The translations under genes and the position numbers were made by a program. The notes under the pieces were generated by a model, which did no database searches, was not told where the DNA came from, and was given only the letters and a program-made list of their open reading frames with translations. DNA of 64,000 nt from Candidatus Obscuribacteraceae bacterium (GTDB lineage: Bacteria; Cyanobacteriota; Vampirovibrionia; Obscuribacterales; Obscuribacteraceae): the NCBI GenBank assembly GCA_044229845.1, contig JBGASG010000002.1, positions 320,001 through 384,000 on the forward strand. The letters run 5' to 3'. How positions within the stretch are numbered: position 1 is the stretch's first letter; each line of letters begins with the position of its first letter. This document shows positions 19,134 to 28,203 of the stretch, piece by piece.

Positions 19134-20314
19134 AGGTAGCTCTGCTCAGCTGCGGTCTCGGGCACGTCACACGTGGTTTCGAGGTCTCTACGCTGCGCTG
19201 GTATGAAGCCCTCAAGCGCCAGGGCGACCTGGATGTGAAACTTTTTGCCGGGGGCAAGTATCCCGACACGCACTGGGTGTGGAATCTGAACCGCGACGGC
19301 GCCCTTAATGTGCCGTTTCGTCATTTTCCGTTTCTAGACGAGAAGCAGCAGTGGGAATTCAGTTATGGGGCTGAACAGGTCAGCTTCGGCTGCTCGTTCA
19401 TAGTCGAGCAGTTTCGCTTTTTTCGCCCGGACATCGTCTGGACAAAAGAAGCACCGCTCGCCCACGTCATCGATTTCTGGCGACAGTTGTTAGGTCTTGA
19501 TTTCAAAATCATCTTCGCCAACGGCGGCGCGTTCAATCCGCGCACTTATCGCCAGTTCGACTTCATCCAGCACCTGCAGCCCGATTCGATGGCGCAGGCA
19601 TTGGCGTTCGGACTGCCGGAAGCGCAGATGAACATCATTCCCAACGTTGTGCAGCCTCTGCCACCGTCGGCGGCGCGCACCAAACTGCGCGCTCAGTACG
19701 GCTTGCAACCGGACGACTTCGCCATCGTCAGCGTGGCCGCCTGGAATCAGTATCATAAACGCATCGGCTACATAATCGAAGAAGTAAGCCGGCTCAGCGA
19801 CCCGCGCATCAAACTGATATTGTGCGGACAGAGCGAAACAGAAACACCGCCCCTGCAGGAGAAGGCGGCGCGACTCTTGCCTGGTCGCGTCTTCTGGCTT
19901 TCGGTGCCGCCCCGAGAAGTATTCGACGTGCTTTACGCCAGCGATCTTTTCGCCCTCGCCAGCCTCAACGAGGGGCTGGGCATGGCAGTGATCGAAGCAG
20001 CCATGGCCGGTCTGCCGGTAATCTGCCACCCGCACGGCGGCAGCCGCTATATAGTCGACAACGAGCAATACTGGTTGCGCGACTTGAGTCAAGAAGGCTC
20101 GCTGTCGCGTCGCATCACCGAAATTCGCCGGCAGGGCATCGACCCGGCACGCCTGGCGGCGCTCAAACGCCAGGTGCGCGAACGATTTGGTGAGCAAGCG
20201 CTGGTCAGCGAATTCACCACCATGGTCGAGCGCCTGGTCGGGCGCAGCACCAGATTTGATACCACCGTCGCGAGCGATGAGCACCTGGCGTCCCTGCCGG
20301 GCAGAGACTCGTGA
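19118..20314 (+). CDS. GT4 family glycosyltransferase
   Basis: HKRI...SDLFALASLNEGLGMAVIEAAMAGLPV; overlaps the GH3 stop. Confidence 0.9.
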   Translation: MGDRIKVALLSCGLGHVTRGFEVSTLRWYEALKRQGDLDVKLFAGGKYPDTHWVWNLNRDGALNVPFRHFPFLDEKQQWEFSYGAEQVSFGCSFIVEQFRFFRPDIVWTKEAPLAHVIDFWRQLLGLDFKIIFANGGAFNPRTYRQFDFIQHLQPDSMAQALAFGLPEAQMNIIPNVVQPLPPSAARTKLRAQYGLQPDDFAIVSVAAWNQYHKRIGYIIEEVSRLSDPRIKLILCGQSETETPPLQEKAARLLPGRVFWLSVPPREVFDVLYASDLFALASLNEGLGMAVIEAAMAGLPVICHPHGGSRYIVDNEQYWLRDLSQEGSLSRRITEIRRQGIDPARLAALKRQVRERFGEQALVSEFTTMVERLVGRSTRFDTTVASDEHLASLPGRDS

Positions 20315-21906
20315 GCGAAACCTACGTCAAGCTCACCCGTTCACAGCTAATTGCCACCATTATCGGTTTGCAGCTGTCGCTACTGGTTGCCGCCGTCGAT
20401 CAAACGATCGTCGCGGCGGCCATGCCGATCATGGTAGCCAATCTGGGCGGCTTCGACAGATATGCCTGGGTGACCACAGCCTATCTGCTCACATCGACGA
20501 CGGCGGTGCCGATTTTCGGTAAGCTCTCAGACCTGTACGGGCGCAAGTGGCTCTTGCTCTTCGGAGTAGTTTTGTTCGTGGTTTCATCGATGTTCTGCGG
20601 ACTGGCAGGACAATATGATTTGCCCGGCATGGACGGCATGACCCAATTGATTGCAGCGCGGGCGCTGCAAGGACTGGGCGGAGGCATCATCATGTCACTG
20701 ACGTTTGCCTCGGTGGGCGACATTTTTTCGCCGGCGGAACGGGGCAAGTATCAAGGCATATTCGCCTCCGTCTTCGCACTTTCCGGTCTGGCCGGTCCCG
20801 CACTCGGCGGTTTCATCTCCGAAAAATTCTCCTGGCGCTGGGTGTTTTACATCAACCTGCCGATCGGCATCATTGCTTGCCTGGCGCTGATTCTGGCGTT
20901 TCCCAATTTGCAAACCGGCAGGCGCCGTCCCGAGATCGATTACCTGGGTATAGGTCTTTTGATCGGTTTTGTGGTGCCGTTGCTCCTGGCACTGAATATG
21001 GTGACCAACCCGCGCGAATTCTACAGCGCCGGCGCGCTGTTTTTGCTGTCGGCAATCATGCTGGTATTGCTTTTGATGACCGAAGCGCAGGCGGTCGAGC
21101 CGATTATTCCGCTGCAAATTCTCAGGCAGCCGATCGCAGCCGTATCTTTGATCACCGTCTTCATTACGGGAATCGGCATGTTCGGCTCGACCATGTTGCT
21201 GCCGATCTTTTTCCAGTCGGTGATGGGCCTTTCACCAACCATGTCGGGCTCGTTGCTTACTCCTTTGATGGTGACCGTAGCTGTAGGCAGCACCTTATCT
21301 GGTGCGATGCTTTCGAAGTTCGGCAAATACAAGACTCTCGCCCTCACAGGCTGCACCGGCATGGCCCTGGGCACGGCTCTGCTCGGTTTCCTGACAGGCA
21401 GCCGATCGCTGCCGCCAATCCTGGGCTCGATGGTTGTCAGTGGAATCGGACTGGGGCTTTTGCTGCCGATGTACACAATTGTCATCCAGAACTCGTTGCC
21501 CCAATCGCAGCTGGGTCTGGCTACCGGACTGACGCAATTTTTCCGGACGCTGGGCGGGGCCCTGGGTAGCGCCGTTTTCGGGCTTACGATTCTTTATCTA
21601 TATAATGGCAAGCTGGGAGAGAGTTTACCCAATAATCTGCCGGAAAGCGTCCGCCAGGCTGTCAGTGATCCCCTGAATCCCGGTAAACTTAGGGCTGTCA
21701 TCGAGGGTCATCTTGGCAACACCGCGCAAGCAAGCGATCTATTGCATTCAGTTCAGATAGCACTGATGCATGCCATCGGAACCGTGTTCGTCATTTATGG
21801 AACCCTCCTGTTCTCAGTCGTCATACTCAATTTGTTTCTGAAGGAAATTCCGCTGCGGAAGAAGCCGGCGAATGAACCGAATGAACTCCAAGTTTCTACT
21901 GAATAG
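20311..21906 (+). CDS. DHA2 (EmrB/QacA-like) 14-TM MFS exporter
   Basis: DQTIV, GKLSDLYGRK, WRWVFYINLPIG; GTGA overlap with the GT4 gene. Confidence 0.92.
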   Translation: MSETYVKLTRSQLIATIIGLQLSLLVAAVDQTIVAAAMPIMVANLGGFDRYAWVTTAYLLTSTTAVPIFGKLSDLYGRKWLLLFGVVLFVVSSMFCGLAGQYDLPGMDGMTQLIAARALQGLGGGIIMSLTFASVGDIFSPAERGKYQGIFASVFALSGLAGPALGGFISEKFSWRWVFYINLPIGIIACLALILAFPNLQTGRRRPEIDYLGIGLLIGFVVPLLLALNMVTNPREFYSAGALFLLSAIMLVLLLMTEAQAVEPIIPLQILRQPIAAVSLITVFITGIGMFGSTMLLPIFFQSVMGLSPTMSGSLLTPLMVTVAVGSTLSGAMLSKFGKYKTLALTGCTGMALGTALLGFLTGSRSLPPILGSMVVSGIGLGLLLPMYTIVIQNSLPQSQLGLATGLTQFFRTLGGALGSAVFGLTILYLYNGKLGESLPNNLPESVRQAVSDPLNPGKLRAVIEGHLGNTAQASDLLHSVQIALMHAIGTVFVIYGTLLFSVVILNLFLKEIPLRKKPANEPNELQVSTE

Positions 21907-22981
21907 TTTGTTGTCGACAATAATGCTCGGCACGATGGCGTTGCCGACAATGGCTGCCGATAGCAATGGCACCGACGCTGATGGACAGTTTCTGGCTATC
22001 AAAAAACCAAAGTCAGGATTGACCGGCGGCGTGCAAGAGAACATCACACCAACCTCGGTGGTGCGCGAGAACGTCAACGAGTTTTCGCAGTCGCTGAAAA
22101 TTCCCATTATCAAATGGTCACAGCACGACAGTCAGGCACCACAAGCTGTGCTGGTCGCCCTGCACGGCTCGACGCTGCACAGCGGCGTCTTCGAAGAGTT
22201 TTCTCGGCAAATGGTCGGCCGCGGCTACATGGTAGTAGCACCGGACATGCGCGGATTTGGACGGTGGCGCACCGACCCGAAAAATTTTGAGAACGGCACC
22301 AAAATCGAGTTCTACAAAGACCGCGCCGATCTCGTCAATCTCTTGCAGATGCTGCGCAATCAATATCCCAAGACACCGCTCTATTGCATCGGCGAAAGTT
22401 TGGGCGGCAACCTGTCACTGTGGGTGGCCAGCGTCCATCCCGATCTCGTAGACGGCATCATTCTCTCCAGTCCGTGCATCAAGCGGCACTGGTGCATCAA
22501 CCGCACACTGGCAGTCGACTTCTTCAAAGCGGCGCGCTTCCCTCACCGCCAGGTGCCGACGGCACCATACGCCAAGCGCTATCTCTCCGAGAGCAAAGAA
22601 GTGACGGCGGCGTATCTGGCCGATCCCGGCATCAGAAAAGCGATGACTGCATACGAGTCATTCCAGAGTTTTCACGTCAATCGTTCGTGCTTGCTGTATG
22701 CGGAGAACGTTCCCCCGGACATGCCGATTCTCGTGATTGAAGGAACGAACGATCGCATGTACGTGGCCAAAGCGGTAGGACCGCTGATGAAACGCGTCCC
22801 GTCCAGCGATGAAACAGTCCATTATCTGAAGAATCGCGGACACATTCATTTGGAGACCCCGCACATCAAAGACGATGTGGTGGAGACGGTAGATGATTGG
22901 CTGCGTATCCATATTCAGACTGAGTCGGCGCGCAAGCGCAGCACTCCGGCTTCAATTTCCGCCAATCCAGAGCAGCTCTAG
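21872..22981 (+). CDS. Secreted alpha/beta hydrolase (Hydrolase_4/lysophospholipase-like)
   Basis: Signal peptide, LHG, DMRGFG, GESLGG nucleophile elbow, GTND, GHIH. Confidence 0.88.
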   Translation: MNRMNSKFLLNSLLSTIMLGTMALPTMAADSNGTDADGQFLAIKKPKSGLTGGVQENITPTSVVRENVNEFSQSLKIPIIKWSQHDSQAPQAVLVALHGSTLHSGVFEEFSRQMVGRGYMVVAPDMRGFGRWRTDPKNFENGTKIEFYKDRADLVNLLQMLRNQYPKTPLYCIGESLGGNLSLWVASVHPDLVDGIILSSPCIKRHWCINRTLAVDFFKAARFPHRQVPTAPYAKRYLSESKEVTAAYLADPGIRKAMTAYESFQSFHVNRSCLLYAENVPPDMPILVIEGTNDRMYVAKAVGPLMKRVPSSDETVHYLKNRGHIHLETPHIKDDVVETVDDWLRIHIQTESARKRSTPASISANPEQL

Positions 22982-23241
22982 AATTGTCCCTGTTCGACCG
23001 CGGGCTTTTGTGGCGTCGTGCCGGCTTGTGGCGCGGTAGATTGACCAGTGCCGCGTTCTTCCGGAGGAATCCAGGCCGGTTGCTCGAACTTAAGTGAGTC
23101 GGTAGGAGCAGTGATCATCGTGCCCCCGTTCAAGCTCAGGGCGTACACACCGCCAAAGATGGCGAATGCCGCCAGGCTGACGATAGTAATAATCAAGGTC
23201 AAGCTGGCCGATTTTTGGGCGGGCGGTTGGTAGTTTCTCAT
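22978..23241 (-). CDS. Small single-TM hypothetical protein (87 aa)
   Basis: ATG 23241 with GGAG RBS; hydrophobic LTLIITIVSLAAFAIFGGVYAL segment. Confidence 0.65.
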   Translation of the reverse strand: MRNYQPPAQKSASLTLIITIVSLAAFAIFGGVYALSLNGGTMITAPTDSLKFEQPAWIPPEERGTGQSTAPQAGTTPQKPAVEQGQF

Positions 23242-23486
23242 TCTCAGAAGGTCTCCCGGAGGACGCGCAAATTGGGGCTGGGCAATACTGACTGGATCGA
23301 TAGACGTCGACGTAGGTGCATGTTCCCGATTGTGGCACTTTGCAAATGATTGCGCCAATCGGTCGGCGGGCGCGCCTAAACGGAACCGGCTCAACGTTAT
23401 GGAGAAACTACAAGCCAGGGCGGGGTTACCCCGCTCAGGCATTTGGGCGATAAAATGATGTATCGCGACAACGGAGTACAGTACCA

Positions 23487-25124
23487 ATGAAGCGTCTTCT
23501 GGCGAACGTTCTCGGATTCACATTGTGCACCGCCCTTCTGGCACCGTGCTTCACAGCCGCCGGTCTGCCTGGGGTGGCGGAAGCAAAGTCCAGCTCTAAG
23601 TCCAGCTCTAAAGCTGAGTCCTCCGACGACAACGCCGCGGACGACGACAAGAAGTTGCCGAAGGGCGTAATCGAGAACCCCACCGACATTCCGACATTGA
23701 AGTGGACAAACATCGTCGGACCTCCGCGCGCTGCAGTCTTATGTATTCACGGACTGGGACTGCACAAAGAAACCTATGAAGCCTTCGCGCATGAACTGAA
23801 CAAAAAGGGGATCATCGTCTGGGCCATTGACGTGCGCGGATTTGGTGAGTGGATCAAGCGCGACCCCAATAACCGCGTCAACTATCCCCAGTGCTTTCAA
23901 GACATCAAAGTGACGCTGCAAGCGATGCACCGCGAGCATCAAAACATGCCCATATACATTGCGGGCGAATCGATGGGCGGAGCGATTGCGCTGCGTGCCA
24001 CCGCCGAGTTTCAAGATTTGCTGGACGGCATGTTTTCTTCGGTGCCGGCAGGAGACCGAGTACACGAAGGGCGCATGACCTTGAAAGTGGCAATGCACGC
24101 TCTCACCTCGGGTTTCAACAGCCTGATGCCGATCGGGACAGACGTGATCGCCTACGGCACCGACCGCACCGGCACCACTCCGGATGATGCTCTGCGCAAA
24201 ACCTGGCTGGCCGATCCGGACGGCAGAAACACGATGACGCCCAAGGAATTGATGCAATTCGACGGTTTGTGCGACGGCAATTTCAAAGCCGCTAAACGCG
24301 TCACCAGGGTTCCCGTATTGTTCGTGCAGGGTGGCTATGACGGACTGATCGTGCCAGCATCTACTACTCAACTCGCCGATGCCTTCCCACCCGAAAACAC
24401 CGATCGGCACATTGCCTACAGTCAAAACTCCGAGCACCTGATCTTCGAATACGGCAACTTCAAACCGGAGGACCTCACTTACGTCACCGACTGGCTCGAT
24501 AGGCACATCGCGTCCTGGAACAAGCAAGTCGGCACCGTTGCCGATGCCACCGTCAAAATCGATGCACCCGGACAGGGTGCCAAGCTCTCATACTGGATCG
24601 AGTTATTGCGCGACGGCAAGTTCTATCGCTGCAACAACAAGATGGTCTTCAAGACGGGCGACGAAATACGTTTTCACATGACGCCCAGCAATAACGGCTA
24701 CGTGATCGTCATGATGAAGGGCAGCAGCGGCAAGACTGCGATTCTGTTCCCGGGCGACCAGACCGGGTTGAACAACGAACTTTTGGCCGGCAAAGACTGT
24801 GTGGTGCCCAATCAATCCTATCTGAAGTTCGACTCCACACCGGGCACCGAAAAACTGGCGGTACTTTTCTCGAGAGAGAAGATCAATCCCAACATGCAGC
24901 TCTATCAACCCTCGACCGTCACTGCTTACATATCGCCGAGCGCGGATGGTTCGAAAGACATCATGCCCACTCGCATGCAGTTAAAGTGGGATGACACCGA
25001 CGTTGTCGCCATGGCACCGGATGCAGTGGCTTCATCGGTAACCAAGAACGCCGGCGTCGTAAATGTTGTATACAGCGGGTCACACCCGGTCATGGCAGTA
25101 GACATCGCGCTGGAGCACCAATGA
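23487..25124 (+). CDS. Secreted alpha/beta hydrolase fused to a DUF4384-like domain
   Basis: Signal peptide, IHGLG, GESMGG, EHL; C-terminal FKTGDEIRF..NNGYV..LFP..PGTEKLAVLFSR. Confidence 0.85.
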   Translation: MKRLLANVLGFTLCTALLAPCFTAAGLPGVAEAKSSSKSSSKAESSDDNAADDDKKLPKGVIENPTDIPTLKWTNIVGPPRAAVLCIHGLGLHKETYEAFAHELNKKGIIVWAIDVRGFGEWIKRDPNNRVNYPQCFQDIKVTLQAMHREHQNMPIYIAGESMGGAIALRATAEFQDLLDGMFSSVPAGDRVHEGRMTLKVAMHALTSGFNSLMPIGTDVIAYGTDRTGTTPDDALRKTWLADPDGRNTMTPKELMQFDGLCDGNFKAAKRVTRVPVLFVQGGYDGLIVPASTTQLADAFPPENTDRHIAYSQNSEHLIFEYGNFKPEDLTYVTDWLDRHIASWNKQVGTVADATVKIDAPGQGAKLSYWIELLRDGKFYRCNNKMVFKTGDEIRFHMTPSNNGYVIVMMKGSSGKTAILFPGDQTGLNNELLAGKDCVVPNQSYLKFDSTPGTEKLAVLFSREKINPNMQLYQPSTVTAYISPSADGSKDIMPTRMQLKWDDTDVVAMAPDAVASSVTKNAGVVNVVYSGSHPVMAVDIALEHQ

Positions 25125-26812
25125 AGAAACGGCAATTCGGACTACTTCTCGCTGCTGCACTGGCCTCATCAGGCTTGCTCAGCTCGACGGCAATCGCAGC
25201 CGCCGACACCGGCAGTTATACCACCCAGCAGGATCTGAACCCAAACAAGTCTTCAACGAACCGCCCGATCAAAAACAAGTGGGCGCTGGTGATTGGCGCT
25301 TCCAAATTCAGCACCACGAGACTGAATACTAACCAAGACTTCGATGCCGCGGCCCGCAATTTTCAGGCATACCTGATCGACCCGCACGGGGGACGGTTCG
25401 AAAAGTCGCATGTGAAAGCGCTGATCAATTCGGCAGCCGTCTACCACAATCTGGAATCGGCATTGAAAGACGGCTTTCTCGGCAAGGTCGCGGAAGAAGA
25501 CGATCTGGTCGTCATATTCGTGGCCACCCGCGGTTTCCCAACTACAGACGGCAAGGTTTATCTTTGCGCGCACGACGTAGCGCTCAACAACATTGGCGGC
25601 ACGTGCATGAAAGTCGAAGACTTGATCAAAATGATAAAAACCAACGTCAAGTCAAAACGCATCGTCCTTGTAATTGAAGCCTCCGGAAGCGGACCTGAGG
25701 ACCCCACGGTCGGTAAGGCACTCAAAGTCGCACAGAATGTCGACGTCGATAAACTCAACACCGGCGAAGGTTTCATCATTCTCTCTTCCAGCGGACCGGA
25801 TCAAGTTACGTGGGGAACTCAGTTTTCGACGAACTTGATCAAATGCTTGCGAGAGAACGATGGAATGGTGTCGTTACGCACCGCGTTCCAGTCTGCGCGG
25901 ACGGCTACCGAGGCTGCCACCGCCGCTGATGTCAAACGCCAGAACAAGCAAACACCGGTGATGAGCTGGAACTGGAGCGGTCAGGACATGGTGTTGGGCG
26001 CGCCGAGTGGAACCGAATCCGCTGCGCTGCAGAAGGTGTTGGGCGCCGAATCACATTATTTCAGAGCGCTACAGGCGCAGGGCAGCAATGACCTTGTCAC
26101 CGCTCAAACCGAGTTTGAAGCGGCCATAAAAGAGGATCCCTATTACGGCGATGCGCTCAACGACTATGGCGGCATGCTGGCCGGGAAGGGTGATTGGACC
26201 GGCGCTTCGCAAAAATTCGAGCAGGCAGTGGAGGTGCGTCCCGACGATGCGCTCTTCCATTATAACTACGCACGCGCTCTGGCTAAACTCAAGAAACCTG
26301 ATGAATCTCTGGCGGAACTTCAGAAGTCCTACAGTCTGAACAACAGAGATCGCAACACGCTTATTGCGCTTGCCGATTTGATGAACAAAAAAGATGAACC
26401 GGACAAAGCCCTGCAATACCTGCAGGAAGCACTCCTGACGGCACCGGACGACGCAGATCTCTTGACGCGCATCAGCGTTTCGCAATGCAAAAAAGGACAG
26501 GTCGACACTGCGATCGAAACCGCGCGACAAGCAATCGCGAAGGATCCCAGTTACCTGACTGCCTATCTCAACCTGGGCAGCTATTATCTCGGCAATAAGA
26601 ACGCCGACATGGCTGCTGAAACATACCGTCATGCCACCATTATCAATCCCAACAGTGCGGATGCTCATCTATATTTAGGAAAAGCTTTGCAACAGCTCAA
26701 CCAGGAAACGGAAGCGGTGGCGGAGTATCGCAAGTTTCTTGATCTCTGCGGCAGCAACGACCCGCGCGCGGAAGATACACGCAAAGTCATCAGCGAACTC
26801 GGCAAAATCTAA
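25121..26812 (+). CDS. Secreted caspase-like (C14) domain + TPR protein, catalytic dyad degenerate
   Basis: KWALVIG, DDLVVIFVATRG (His to Arg), VIEASGSG (Cys to Ser), KQTP, then TPRs; ATGA overlap with the upstream gene. Confidence 0.82.
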   Translation: MKKRQFGLLLAAALASSGLLSSTAIAAADTGSYTTQQDLNPNKSSTNRPIKNKWALVIGASKFSTTRLNTNQDFDAAARNFQAYLIDPHGGRFEKSHVKALINSAAVYHNLESALKDGFLGKVAEEDDLVVIFVATRGFPTTDGKVYLCAHDVALNNIGGTCMKVEDLIKMIKTNVKSKRIVLVIEASGSGPEDPTVGKALKVAQNVDVDKLNTGEGFIILSSSGPDQVTWGTQFSTNLIKCLRENDGMVSLRTAFQSARTATEAATAADVKRQNKQTPVMSWNWSGQDMVLGAPSGTESAALQKVLGAESHYFRALQAQGSNDLVTAQTEFEAAIKEDPYYGDALNDYGGMLAGKGDWTGASQKFEQAVEVRPDDALFHYNYARALAKLKKPDESLAELQKSYSLNNRDRNTLIALADLMNKKDEPDKALQYLQEALLTAPDDADLLTRISVSQCKKGQVDTAIETARQAIAKDPSYLTAYLNLGSYYLGNKNADMAAETYRHATIINPNSADAHLYLGKALQQLNQETEAVAEYRKFLDLCGSNDPRAEDTRKVISELGKI

Positions 26813-26998
26813 TCAAAGCTCGTCTGCTGCGAAAACAGTAGAGTTTCACGGTTGAGCTTGCGGGCCGTCACGAAAATCTGGGAACTGGCGGCTGCCAAAT
26901 AGCATCGTTCTGGGCAGAGTTAGTGCGCTGCAGTGGATTGGCAGCGTAATTTATTGGTCCCAAACGGGCGCCTGGGCGGCGTTCCCGGAGGTATTGCT

Positions 26999-27280
26999 AT
27001 GTCCCCCGAAGAGAGAAGCTTTGATCGACTGCAGCGCCTTTTAGGCGATGCGATCTCCGAGTTGCGCAGAACCAGAGGATTATCGGTGGCGGAACTAGCA
27101 GACGCAGCCGGCATCAGCGAGCCAGCTATGACGGCCATCGAGACGGGCTTCGATCCACCAACCATCGTGTGTTTCGTGAGAATTTGCGGCGCTCTAGAAT
27201 GTGAGGCGTCCGAGATGCTGGCTGCCGCCGAGCAAAGATTTCGCACATCTAACTTTTTCGGCGAACACGACAGCTACTGA
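26999..27280 (+). CDS. XRE family HTH regulator
   Basis: GGAGG RBS then ATG 26999; LRRTRGLSVAELADAAGISEPAMTAIETG. Confidence 0.85.
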   Translation: MSPEERSFDRLQRLLGDAISELRRTRGLSVAELADAAGISEPAMTAIETGFDPPTIVCFVRICGALECEASEMLAAAEQRFRTSNFFGEHDSY

Positions 27281-27282
27281 CC

Positions 27283-28107
27283 ATGCAACTTTGCGAGCCA
27301 TCGAACGTCGCTCGGTACATGCTCAACAATAAAATTGGCTCTGCCACCATGTTAATAGCCGCGACTCTAATCTGTGGTGCTGCTCACGCAGGCACAGTCC
27401 ATCAAGCACCGGATGTGGTGCTGACTCCAGAGCAACTGCGCAACCTGCCACCAGCAGAAGTGGCAAGACTGGCGGTGCCGGTGAAAGTGAACGCATGGCG
27501 AGCCAAAGCCGCTGAGTACGAAGTGCAGGGCGACTATGCCGGCGCGCGTGCCCTCTACGAGCGCGAGTACGCGATCTGGCGGGCCCGTTATGGCGACACC
27601 GACATGCATCTGGTGGCGCCGCTGCACAGTCTGGGAGCGCTCGCCGAACTGGATGGCGACTATGACCAGGCTTGGAAGTACTTTGCCGAGGAATTGGCGC
27701 TGCATGAAAGGACATTCGGTCCGACGCATCCGCTCAATATTCCTTCGCTTCGGCAGCTGGCCAATATCGCGGAGCAAAAACACGACTATTCGGCAGCACT
27801 CAGACTTTATCAGCAGGAGCTGGCGGCGATTCAGGGCAGCATGCCCAGAACCACAGCCCTGCCGGCAAATACACACGCTCGTCTGGGTCATGTGTACGAG
27901 AAAACTGGAGATTTCGCACATGCCGAGACTGAGTTAAAAGCCGCAATCGCTCTCCTGCAACCGATTAGCGACCCTGGCGATCCCTATATCCCGGACTTGC
28001 TGAAGGATCTGGCTCGGATCTATGAAAAACAGGGACGGCCCGCGGAGGCAAAAGCCTCACTGGCTCGGGCGGACGCGATTATTAAATCGCCCAAGAGCGT
28101 CTTGTAA
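27283..28107 (+). CDS. TPR protein (kinesin-light-chain-like repeats), probably exported
   Basis: Hydrophobic N-terminal segment; repeats such as FGPTHPLNIPSLRQLA and LARIYEKQGRPAEA. Confidence 0.8.
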   Translation: MQLCEPSNVARYMLNNKIGSATMLIAATLICGAAHAGTVHQAPDVVLTPEQLRNLPPAEVARLAVPVKVNAWRAKAAEYEVQGDYAGARALYEREYAIWRARYGDTDMHLVAPLHSLGALAELDGDYDQAWKYFAEELALHERTFGPTHPLNIPSLRQLANIAEQKHDYSAALRLYQQELAAIQGSMPRTTALPANTHARLGHVYEKTGDFAHAETELKAAIALLQPISDPGDPYIPDLLKDLARIYEKQGRPAEAKASLARADAIIKSPKSVL

Positions 28108-28203
28108 TCTTTAAACATCAGATCTATTTCTCTATTTAGACGGATACCTCTTATGCGGCGGGTATAAGACTAAGCAGATTGACCCTTTTGGTAAGGTGTC
28201 TCG

